DNA of 64,000 bases, taken from Adineta vaga (taxonomy: Eukaryota > Animalia > Rotifera). Below are positions 13,501 through 25,582 of this stretch, piece by piece (position 1 is the first letter of the stretch; each line of letters starts with the position of its first letter). The notes under the pieces are model-generated. The model searched no databases. It saw only the letters and a program-made list of their open reading frames with translations, and was not told the origin of the DNA. The position numbers and the translations under genes were made by a program. The stretch lies in assembly GCA_021613535.1 (NCBI GenBank), contig CP075497.1:11594001-11658000 (forward strand), written 5' to 3'.

Positions 13501-15145
13501 GTAGATACGTTTGATCTTTTGACAAATTAATGTCTATAGTACTAGAGTGAAAAGAACGATTATGACACCTTGTTGTTTTAAAGAAAGAATTCAAAATTGA
13601 ATTAAATAAGTGAATATCTTTTCTTTTACTTAAAGTCAATATTGAATTTTTTCTTTATGATAATAAATGAAGAGTATCGACTATTTCAACTAGTAGTTAT
13701 ATTCTATATATATATATTCAATGAACTTGAATGAATAAATACTTCTACTTGTCAATAAGAATATTGTCTCGTATGTAAATAAGATTTATGATTCGTTACA
13801 AAAGAAAAAGAAATATTTCTTTCTTTCATTGCATGTCATGTTTAGTAGTTATATGAATGATAGATTTCATAAATGTATGTGTCATCATTTTTTCCTCTCT
13901 CTCTCTCTAGATTCGTATATTTGTAAAATCAACTGTCATACACATGTGATTCCCCTATTGACTCTCATTTGCTTTAAATAATCATAATAATCGTCACGAA
14001 AACGTCAGTTAACCTTTATTGTCTCTGACACGTTGTCATTCGTTGAACATAGAGAAACAAACAATGAATCTACTGACCATATTCACATTTATAATTGACC
14101 GAACTATATGCACCTTCGAATGTATACACGTCTGTCGTGCTTTTTCTTTTTGCTCTTCTGTTCTTTCTCTTCATAATCAAGTGTGATATCGATGTTCTGT
14201 CTCTTTTTCTCTTGTTTAAAATGGTATTTTGTTTCACATCGACACAAACAAACTTGTCTCGTCAAGAAGAATATAATATACTAAGGTTTCGTAAGCAATT
14301 TTATTCTCTATGTATGCAATTGTCGAGTCCATGGTGGTGTAATGCATGCCGACGTCTAATCGTTTTGTGTCGTCAGATTGATAGATAGATGGTAGATAAA
14401 AATGGAACTGTGATTGCATAAGTAGATAGAGAAAGGAAATGTATGTGTCTGAGATAATTCGATTTGAACGGAGATGAAGAAGAGAATTTCCGTCTTTCTA
14501 TCGAGCATATGAAATCGATCTTTTCTTCCTTGAAACATTCGCTTTTCTTATCAGTAAAAATATGTTTTCGTTGTTTTCTTCTTTATTGATTAGTTATACA
14601 ATCTAATTGTTTAGAATGTCAAGAAAGTTATTCTTTTTTCGACTCATTGTCTGAGAACACGCCGCGAGTATGGTCTGATAGATATGTTTGTTATTTCATT
14701 TTTCTTGGCGATGATGATGATCATCACCACCATCATCATCATCATTATTTGTACATTTTGGCCTGATGACATGATGAGTGCACATCGAGAACAAACAATA
14801 ACTATGAAAAGAAAAAGAATGCTATCAATTTATCTTTGTCTTCGTTTATATGATGTTCTCTTCCAAGCATCATCATTGATTAAATAACAATTTTCTCGTG
14901 TGAACACTTTTACCATTTGATTTATTTATTGTTTTACCAGTCAGTCGTGTGAATCTTCTTACATAAGTACGAAATGAGTAGAAAGAAAAAGAATAAAACC
15001 AAATTTTTCTCTAGTTTCTTTCATTTTCCTTTTTTTTATCTATATCAGACAATCTCTTGAGAGAAAGATTTATTCGATGCAATCGATCGAGCAGAAGATA
15101 TTGATTAGTTGTGTCTATTTATTGTTTTAGATTAAAGCCATAATT

Positions 15146-18100
15146 ATGCTTCTAATTTTCTTCATATTTCTTATCAATCATTTATCGCATGGTTTAGATC
15201 TTGGTAAAACTAAAAACATCCTGTCATTTCAAATTATATTGACACGTTTTTTTTCTCCTTAGGAACATGTCGTGCTCCACTTGGTATTCAATCTGGTGCA
15301 ATACCAGATGCATCTTTCGAAGCAAGTTCGTCATTGGATATATCCCTTGGTCCGCATACGGCTCGTATTCGATCAGCAATTGAAGGAGGTGGTTGGTGTC
15401 CAAAATCGTTAATTAATAGTCAAAGTGATGAGTATCTTCAAGTAAATTTTTTTAATTTAACGGTTATTACATTAATTGAAACACAAGGAAGACATGGACC
15501 ATTTCAAGTAAGAAAGGAAGATAAATGAAATTTATGTTTTCTAAAATGAATTTTGTTTTTGTAGGAAGATTATATTGATTATTATCGATTAGAATATCGT
15601 CGTGATCCAACTCATCCTTGGATAAAATATCGTGATTTTCGTAAAAAAGAAGTTTTCTATGGTAATTCGAATAATAATATAGCAGAAATTCGTGAAATAG
15701 CTCAACCGATTATTGCTAAACAATTACGTATCTATCCAACACAATCTCAAGAAAAGAAATCGAAACGAATGTGTCTTCGATTAGAATTATATGGATGTTT
15801 AAGTACTGATCATTTACTTTCCTATACAATTCCGCAAGGCGATCGACGCGCATTCGATATGGATTTCAGCGATAAAACTTACGATGGTTATGGTTCTCCG
15901 TTAACTCAAGGATTAGGACAATTAGTCGATGGAGATATCGGTTCCGATGATATCCGTTTGGATACACAAAGTTGGGGTTTACGCGGTTTTGAATGGATCG
16001 GTTGGAAGAAAAGTCTTCAAAATCGAACGACTATTCAAATGAAATTTACATTTGATTCGATTCGAAATTTTAGTGAAATTCATATTCATACGAACAATAT
16101 GTTTAGTAAAGATATCGAACAATTTCGTCGGATTAATCTTACTACTTCATTTAATGAACATTTTCTTGAAAATAAACAAATCTTAATCGAATTATCTGAT
16201 GATAGACAATCTGAACAAGCACGTTGGATTAATATTCCTTTGAAGGAACAATTAGCAAAGATGATTCTAATTGAATTAACATTTGGAAATGCGAATTGGA
16301 TGTTAATTAGTGAAATACAATTCATTTCCAATGAAATTCAAGATTTAAAATTACTTGCTGAATTGAATGGTAAGAAAAACAATATTGAATCAACTTCTTC
16401 AAGACAAAATCACCTTTTGTTATTGTGATAAGAGCAGAAATAGATTGAAAAAATCAAGTGTATTTTATTAAGAAAAACAATATTGACATCACTAGAGGCT
16501 AATCCACTTGAGTTAATCAAGCAGAAGAAGTGTATACGTTGACATTCGAATGCGAAGCATATTCGTTGTTTTTTTTTCTAGCGAAACATTCGTCGAAATT
16601 AAATTCTGTAACTACAATTACAATTCCACTTCAATCGATTATTATTCTTGCTGGGATTCTTTCGATTGTATTCATTATTATTCTCATTTGTTTTTCGGCA
16701 ATGATTCATAGACATCGAAAAAGACGAAAATTAAATCGATATGGAGAAAAACTGATTTTACAAACATGTCATAATGATAATCAACTAAAACTTCAAATTC
16801 CATGTTGTAATAATATTGATAAAGATACACAAAGTTCCAGTAAGTGATTTGATTCATTTAAAATCATATAAATTTCCTTTCTTCTCTTGTCTAGATCGTA
16901 GTCAAAGTTCGTACAGTGCACCAAGTTCTTCGGAACCTTCGACATTCAGTGGTACACCGAAATTAGTCACACAAAATAAATGTTTACCTTCCACGACATT
17001 CCATCATCCACAATGTGTTAAACTTCTTTCAACCAATGGAATCGATAGTGATACGAATTTCTATGCTTCAACTGATATCATTAGTGTTAATAATAGCACG
17101 AATGATATGTCATCAACATTACGTGGAGTTTGTGGAACAAGTCTAATGATTCGAGCATTAACGAATACACCACAAATGATTGTACCTCCAAGAAAAGTTG
17201 AATTAATTTCAAGTGAAATCGTTCCACCTGGAGATCTTTATGGTGAAGGAAGATTTGGACAGGTAGGATTTTCTTTTCTTGAGAAATGTATGGATTTGCT
17301 TCTTTTTTTTTTCTTCTGAAAAAGATTTCCATTGGTAGTATTCAATCGTATAATCATGTAATTATTCGACGTTTAACCAAAGTTTCCACTATGTCTCGAT
17401 CATTATTTGGACAAGAAAGTCAATTGTTATGTTCAATTGATCATCCGAATATAGCTAATATTCTTTATAAAACATTGGATGGTCTTGCAATAATATCAGA
17501 ATATACCGAACTTGGAGATTTATGTTTATTAATGAGACGAATTCTTGAGAATGATATCAATGCACAACTTGAGTAAGTATTTTATTGAAAGAAAAAATGA
17601 TTTCTTATGGGAATTGTTTTAGTTATCCAGCAATGTTATTTGTTACATGTCAAATATCTGGTGCATTGTCTTATCTTGAATCTCGACAATTGATTCATCG
17701 TGATGTATCAACAAGAAATTGTTTAGTATTTAATAATTATATGATTAAATTAACGGATATTGCAATGGCATCACCGATTTATTCACATTGTTACACAACA
17801 GATGCACATTTACCTGTTCGATGGATGTCACCCGAAGTGTTAGTCGTAAGTGTACTATACTTTTGTGTTTCTTTTTCATTTATTTGTAAAATTTAGAATG
17901 GCGGAAATGGTTATTCAATCAAATCCGATGTGTATAGTTTTGGTATAACTTTATATGAAATTCTAACGACATGTCGTTTACTTCCATTTGCACATATATC
18001 TGATCAAGAAATTCTTTCATCTCCACCGATATCAACAGATTTAGATTTGACATTTACAGATAGAAATCAATTCAATCAATTGATTGATCTAATGTTTGCT

Positions 18101-18178
18101 TGTTTGAAACTAAATCATTATGAAAGACCAACATTTCAAGATATTCATGGATTTTTACATCAATTACAGTCAAATTAA
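15146..18178 (+). CDS. Discoidin domain receptor-like tyrosine (pseudo)kinase, multi-exon
   Basis: Signal peptide; discoidin domain (CRAPLGIQSGAIPD...GGWCP...ETQGR...CLRLELYGC); DS-like domain (LGQLVDG, WIGW, FDSIRNFS, WMLISEI); TM helix; kinase domain with GEGRFG, HRDVSTRNCLV, LPVRWMSPE and SDVYSFG. Confidence 0.9.
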
Positions 18179-20215
18179 GTTTTTCGAAAGAAAAGATCAG
18201 ATATGTGAAAAGCTTTTGCTTTTATTTTTTAGTATTTTCTTTTTCGTGTATATGTCAGTCATTTGCTTTGTTTATTAATGCTCAATAAATAGTCGGAAGA
18301 ATGTCTAATATCGATGTTTGGGAAAACTTGTTTTATCCATTTTCGGAAGAGAATAAGAGGAAACATATGTGTAAAGCGATGACGTAATTCCTATCTCAAT
18401 CAGAGTGAGTTACAGCTTGAGGCTACTTCTAATCATTTAACCGTTTAAACAGCACTATCGTATCAAATAACTGAGATAGAAATAGACGAAGAAAAAGATT
18501 TCAATCATGAGTAACGCTAATGAAATTTCATAGGTCGATAAATATGAAAAGAAACAAGAATAGATATAATTAACATTCATCTGATCGTTTTATTTTAATT
18601 ACTGAGAATTTGATCAAAATATACATTCTTCGATGTTGTTGCTATTTGTAATTTCGAAGATTTCTAATAATAAAATAAACGTTTTCGAAAAGATCACAAA
18701 ATTGTTAATATGGTAGCTGCAAGTTTCCTTCTAAATTATGTATTACTTACTAGATAGATATACATTTTTATCATTCCCACTAATGTCGCATATGATGAAT
18801 ATTATTCAACGCGTTCTTTGCTCATCATTCAAAGCACGAATTAACTATTGTTCTCTTAACAATTATCGTTTGCTAAGTTACCAGTAATTTATGAAAGCGT
18901 TTAGCGGTAGACTTGCGATATTTCTCTACTATTCATTAAAGAACTTCTCAGTTAATTGATTAGTTGATGATACTTTTACATATTCAATCTTCTTTTATTA
19001 TAATATGCATAGTCTATAATCGCATCAGCATGCATATTTGTTACAGCTGAAAATCTATAATAGTCTCCAAAGAAAAACAGATGATGAACTAAAACCATGA
19101 TAAAAGAAGGCGAAAAGTATGATTGTAGAATTATATCGTCTTGACAAACACATGATAAAAAAGTGTAAGTTTTCCTTTTAGTTGGAAAATACCCTGTCGA
19201 AGGTAGTATGGAACAACATACATATATATATATATATAAATATAGGGCAAAATAAAGAGAAACAAGGAATCTTTTCTTGTAAACAATTTTGTATAGTAAG
19301 TATAAAAGTCTCTTCTCTTTATAGTTTGTAATCATGAATGAAATAAGGCACAGATGTGTGACTATCAATCTACGAAGATATACTTTCAGACATTCCCTAT
19401 TCCTCTCAATAAATAATATAATGAATATCAATGAAGATGTTATTTAAAAGATTAGCGAAAAAGTGATCATAATGTTGAGAGTAGAATCTCGTGTGGTCTG
19501 AGCAAATAGCGTTTGAAATTGAAAACAGACAGTATCGATATACAAAGTAGAGTTTATTCTAAAATTGAAGAATGATGCATTCAAAATTCTGATGAGTCAA
19601 AAAAATATAAGCATGATACATCAAGTTTAAGCTGGAAAATTTTATTTTTTCCTACTTTTTCTGTACCTCATTTACTTTGTAGAAGTAACTACATACAAAA
19701 ACTATGACTTACGCTTAGTTTACTGATTACTCATTACTTATCATCAGTGAAGCATTTTCCATGTCACTTCCTCCCATTTCTTGTTTTTGTATTGTTCTTA
19801 CCTGAATCGATTACTCAATTCAATTGGATCATACTTCCTACTTTGATAAAAAAAAATGGTCTATACATTTAGCTCTGCAGGCGATACTTTATAAGAAATA
19901 GCTTTCATAATTGATCAAGTGAATACATATGAGAAGAAATACAGTCTCTAAAATGCAGTATACCATTTTTGACGTGTACCGTTAACTGCATAGCTAATCA
20001 TAGTATTTCGTAGAAATGAAACTACTATTTATTTGTATCTTAAGATTTATTCTAGCACACATAATTGGAAAGTACCGAAAGTCGTTGTACCGATTTCCTT
20101 GAATACATTGACGTAATAACGTCGATAATATAAAATAATAGAATTGAAAATGATCTGCTTTTTTTATAATCACTACATAATAATCATAACATAACGAAGT
20201 ACATTCATACATCTT

Positions 20216-22308
20216 ATGGATAATTTCAAAAAACTTTCCAATCGTCAATTACGTCGATCAGTACTGATACGCGAAGGTGTATCTCTTATTGTAATTAATA
20301 ATTCAATACAAACTGAAATAGAGTTTACGGATTACAATAAAATCAATCATTGTTTCATTTTTCATTACAAAACATTTTTACAATGTATCAAACATTTCAA
20401 AAAAGCTTCGTCACAAGAAAATATCATTGTTTTGTTTATCAATTTTGATAATGATAAAATACAAACAATGCTCTTACAACTCAAATCTTATCGACAACTT
20501 CAAGCTGTTTACAATCTACAATTGCAAAACGAGAAGAATAATATCGAAAAAAAGCATTTGTTTGAAAATGAATCGAAATTAATTCAAAGTTTTGATCAAT
20601 GGGATTCATTATCTATCAATTTACAAAATCTTATCAATGAAACGGAGAAACGTATAAATGATACCGGTTTAATTTCTACATGCAATTCACCAGAAAAGGC
20701 ATTACGAGATCTAAAAAATGATTTGGGTCCATTCGTTTGGACACATACATTTCGAGGTTAGTATTGTCTTGTAGAGACAAAATTATTGATATTCGAATTA
20801 TTCTAGTACTTTTTATGGATATGCCTCATAATTCTAAAGAAGCTAAATATCAAATGCTACGAGAATGTCGAAAATGTTATCGTCATCAATCTTTTCAATT
20901 GAAAGAAATTGATCATTTTGAAAAAAACTATCGATCATGTGAAGCGATTAAATGGTACACAAAGCCCGGTTTTCTCTCCTCTGTAGTGAACAAAACTTTA
21001 CGTTCAAAGAATGTATATGCTTTGTATACATTTCGGTATTTTATTTTTGATCTTTGTGAAAGTCTAGCTTTGATGCGATATTGTGATGTGAAACCATTTT
21101 CTGTCTATCGTGGTACAATACTTCATCGTGATGAAGTGGAACAATTAAAGGAAAGTTCAACTGTATCTAGTAATGGGTTTTTCTCTTCATCATATTCACG
21201 TGATATTGCTTTGATTTTTGCCAATTCTGATCAAAATCGATCTCGAACAGATGCTTATCAATTCGTTCTATTTCAAATCAATGTTGATCTCAATTTATCA
21301 CCTGATCTCATTGTTGCAGATGTAAGAAAGGAAAGTCATATATCAGATGAAGAAGAATTTTTATTCGATCTGGGTACTACATTTATTATTACTAAGATTT
21401 TTTATGATGATTTAAATCATATATGGCATATTGAAATGAGAGGATCGAATGAAGTGGCAGAACGAAGTCGTGAATATGATGCTTATATGCATAAACGACT
21501 TTTGGAAACAAATGCTACCATTCTATATGGTCGTATGTTGGCTCATATAAGTGAATATTCATTAGCTGTAAAACATTTTCATCGACTTTTACGAGTATTG
21601 CCTATCAATCATGAAGATCGTTCGAACATACATTATCAATTAGCTCGTATGTATCGTTTTTTAGGTAAACATCAACAAGCTATTCACTATTTTCTATGTG
21701 CCAAATTATTATATCGTCATCAATTGCCTCACAAAAGTTATGAGTATGGAATGGTATTAGCAGGTTTGGGTACTGTTTACATGGAATTAAACGATTCAAA
21801 ACGAGCTTTAATTGTACTTGAACGAGCTAGTATTTATTATAGCTATCATTCGAATGAGTATAATACTGAAACGATTTTTCATTTCAATCGACTTAGTTAT
21901 GCTTACTATCTCGAACAGCAATATGAACGAGCATTAGAGTTAATTAATAAAACAATGAATTATTACAAAACTAAAATGCCTGCTGATCATCCAGGTCATG
22001 CTCAAACTTATCATAATCTAGGTTTAGTACAACGTGCAATGGGTAAGAGGGATGAAGCATTTGTATCTTTTAAAGAAGCGCTTCGCATGCGAGAAGTTCT
22101 ACTTGCATCTACCCATCCATATGTAGCTCGAACATGTTATCAAATAAGCTTACTTTTGGAAGAATGTAAAGATTATCCCTTAGCATTACAATTTGCCACA
22201 AAAGCACTTCGTATTCAGCAAGTTAAGTTACCATCTGATCATTCCGAACTCATCTTATCAAGTGAACTTGTTACAAAACTAACAATTCTTAATAATGAAA
22301 CTGTCTAA
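20216..22308 (+). CDS. ARTC/VIP2-like mono-ADP-ribosyltransferase domain plus TPR repeats (intron 20757-20806)
   Basis: AIKWYT...NKTLR helix bundle, R-S-E motifs (VYRG, FFSSS, DEEEFLF), then TPRs (HAQTYHNLGLV, HPYVARTC). Confidence 0.85.
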
Positions 22309-22474
22309 TAGTTTTCATCTAGTTTTACCACAATACCTCAAATGATACTTTCTCAAATCATTTGATTTATAATCAAGAATTCGTATATTTCTCACATGTA
22401 TATACTTCATATATAATAAAATAAATCTTCAATCGTACGATAAATATTGTTCTATTTTATTAAATGACATATAA

Positions 22475-23082
22475 TCATACAAGAACACTAACAATTGCTT
22501 GAGCAGCAATTCCTTCTTCTCTTCCAGTAAAACCCATTTTTTCCGTCGTAGTTGCCTTCACACTGACTCGGTCCATATCCAATGTTAATAATTCACTAAG
22601 TGTTTTACGCATAATATTCCGATGAGGAGATACATGGGGTTTCTCACCGATAATCGTGATATCTATATTAATAATTTCACCACCTTTTTCTTGCACCAAT
22701 TTTAGAGCATATTTAAGAAATATATCAGATTTGGCTCCCATCCATTGTGGATCATTGGGAGTAAAATGCATGCCAATATCACCGGCAGCAATTGAACCAA
22801 GTAAAGCATCAACGAGTGCATGAATTCCGACATCGCCATCTGAGTTAGCTTCGACGTCATATTCTGATGGAATTGCTACTCCACACAACATGATTTTGTT
22901 TGAAGGACCATTTTTTGTAGGAAGAAAACGATGGGCATCAAAACCCATACCAACTCGTGTCTGTTTCGATGTCATACCGTATCTAAAAATATACAATGTC
23001 TTATTAGTATGTCTTCAATTATCGATATTAATCAGAAAAACATTAGATAAATATTAATAGAAATATACTCTTGATGTTTCAT
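22475..23082 (-). CDS. ispF: 2-C-methyl-D-erythritol 2,4-cyclodiphosphate synthase; predicted exons 23082-23069 and 22982-22475
   Basis: RVGMGFDAHRF, SDGDV-x-x-HAL-x-DALLG, GDIG-x-HF and SVKATTTEKMGFTGREEGIAAQA. The Zn ligands D-x-H and H are kept. An 86-nt GT-AG intron joins the upstream ATG in frame (MKHQE-YGMTSKQ). Confidence 0.95.
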
Positions 23083-23501
23083 GTAGAAGTTGTTCGAAAA
23101 AATAACTATCAATCTCTACACAGTACAATTATGAATTTCATTCTATTTCTCTTATATAATTGTACTTTAGAAACAAAACAGCTCTACGAAACCACTTGAG
23201 ATTGCGATCTATACTCGAATACTTTATGAAGTTTTGCTCGAAATGAGTGTATTAGAAAAAGGACAACGTTATACAGCACACTTTCTTTGCATCATATAAC
23301 AGTTAATCGTCTACTATATCGAGTTACAGTTTCATGTATTATGCAAATGAAACGATCAGAAGCTTAAGTAAATACCTTTTTGTCGATAAGAAAATGAGTA
23401 AGATAGAGACACGATGTAATGGAAAGAAGGTAGTATTAAAATATATTGCAAGTAATATTTCTTAAGACATTAATCTAAAATATAATAAAATATGGACACT
23501 G

Positions 23502-24596
23502 TCAAAGTTGGCTGATGACAAATGTCTCTGGAATAGCGCTTGAAACAATTGTTGTAAAAGGAAAATGAGGAGTCAATAAATTTGCTATTTGTTCTGCGTG
23601 TTGAATATTTCGAGCAAGACCAAAGACAGCCGAACCACTTCCACAAAGAAGAGCACGCAGAGCACCAGAAGTAACAATCATATCATATGCTTTAGCGATA
23701 GTTGGATAAGCAGCAAGTACAACAGATTCAAAGTCGTTGGAAAGGCTTGTGGTCAGTAGTTCATTGATATCTGTTGAATTTTGTTTATTGTTACATAGAT
23801 GAGAAAGAAGTTGTTCAGTACTTGTACCAGGTTGCCTGTTTTGAATCGAGTCAAGAAGTGCATATGCATGCGCCGTTGATACACCTGTATCGGGACGCAC
23901 GATTACTCCATAAAGAGAAGGTAATTCAAAATTGAGCGACTCAATAATTTCACCATGACCACGCATACGTACTGGCTTTTCTGCCAGAAAAAGTGAAACA
24001 TCAGAACCAAGACGAGCTGCCATTGCCATTAGTGTTCGTTGATCAATAATATTATTAAAGTGAGTATTTAAAGCGCGTAAAACAGCCGCCGCATTACTAC
24101 TTCCACCACCAAGCCCTGCTTCAGCTGGTATACGCTTGTACAATTCTATTTTAATATGACAAGGTTTATCGATACGCTCAAGGTACATGTCAGCTGCTCG
24201 ATAGGCTAAATTTCGATTATCAATAGGTAGTTGAGAATCATTGCATGTTAATGTAATAGAATTTTTGTTGTCAGCTGGTTCAATATAGATACGCAGTTCA
24301 TCAGCTGGTTCACCAAATGGAACAACAAGCGAGTCAAGACTGTGATAAATATCGGTTGATTCCTTTTTATTGAATACATCCAATGTTAAATTGATTTTAC
24401 ATGGTGCACGAAGAAACATGGTGATACCAATCCGATATTCGTCTGCGCTCGTTCTTCCTGTTACTGTCGAGAATGTGAATATAAAGAGGAAAAAAAATCA
24501 AGTATTACATGTGCGTGTTTCATGTTGCTTTTTTCTCATATTTTAGTCGCCAATGAAAGGTGAACATATACCAGAATCATAAGGAACCAATGCCAT
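23502..24596 (-). CDS. ispE: 4-diphosphocytidyl-2-C-methyl-D-erythritol kinase (GHMP family); predicted exons 24596-24572 and 24463-23502
   Basis: APCKINLTL, YH-x-L-x-S, NLAYRAA, KRIPAEAGLGGGSSNAA, LGSDV, VST-x-x-AY, NDFE and GSGSAVF. The catalytic Lys and Asp are kept. A 108-nt GT-AG intron joins the upstream ATG in frame (MALVPYDS-VTGRTSADEY). Confidence 0.95.
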
Positions 24597-25582
24597 CTAC
24601 ACTCATCAATACTATGTATTGTAGTTGTTTTTTTACTCGTACTAAAATTAAAGAGAAGATCATGATATAAAGTTACCATTCAAGTGAGATATTTGCATTC
24701 ATAAAAGAAAAGCAAATAAACAAAAAGTTGAGTTGAACAAAAGCACTGTAATTAATGTTTTCAAGCTTAAAAACTAGTATGATTCTATTCCTTCTTCGTA
24801 CTTTAATTTCAACAAAAAAGATGAAGTTTACATAGTTTTCATATGTATCTCTTTTATTTCATACTAAAAAAGATTTGTCAGGCGACTGCCGTTATGTATG
24901 AACATGTAAAAGAAAAAGTCAAACATAACAAAATAAAAATCGATGGGACAAGAATATGAAACAGAATACAAAGTAAGAAGGTTCGGTTTTTTTAGATGCT
25001 CTGTGCGTAAAATCCATTACTATTCATTACAACTCCAGATCTCATTGTAGTGATAGAACAAATACCTTTGATACGAGAACGATAAAACTCACAGTTAATT
25101 CAGAAAAAGAGTAATTGATTTACAGAAGACAATTACACATCCATCTCTAATTTATCCTATGATTGTCTGATGATTTAAACTTAAATTTCTAGAATTATCT
25201 TTATTTCTGAATTAATACTGAAATTTTTCGAGTCTAAATAAGATAAGGATAGCACTGGCAAATGTTCTTTGAGGCAAAATAGTAGAATTATTTTGCATAG
25301 TTTTTATTGATTGTGTATTATTTCGAACCTACCGTGAAACACCTCCCTCTTCTTCATTAGAGCTGAATAGATACAGTTCACCTGATCTCCCGATAGGATG
25401 AGTAGAATCTGATAAAACAGTAGAAAAACCGAAGAGATAAATACTATCTCGGTTCGTTTTCACTTCTTAGTTTGAAAATGCTTTACAGTGATGATTAACT
25501 ATTTAGAAAATGAAAAAAGTCTAATAAAAAATAGTTTAAGCTATATATTATAATACAATTAGACTATAGTTATTGTTCTGTT

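Noticed and set aside
8843-14887. Many 60-120 aa ORFs in the non-coding stretch
   Set aside because: They are microsatellite-derived or biased to Phe/Ile/Lys, with no motifs or consistent splice structure.
18976-20248. Minus-strand ORFs of 151 and 84 aa
   Set aside because: AT-rich low-information translations with no recognisable domain.
22475-24596. Bacterial contamination or a prokaryotic operon as the source of ispE/ispF
   Set aside because: Both genes have in-frame GT-AG introns, AT-rich codon use like their neighbours, and continuous eukaryotic flanks. Long-read confirmation is still needed.
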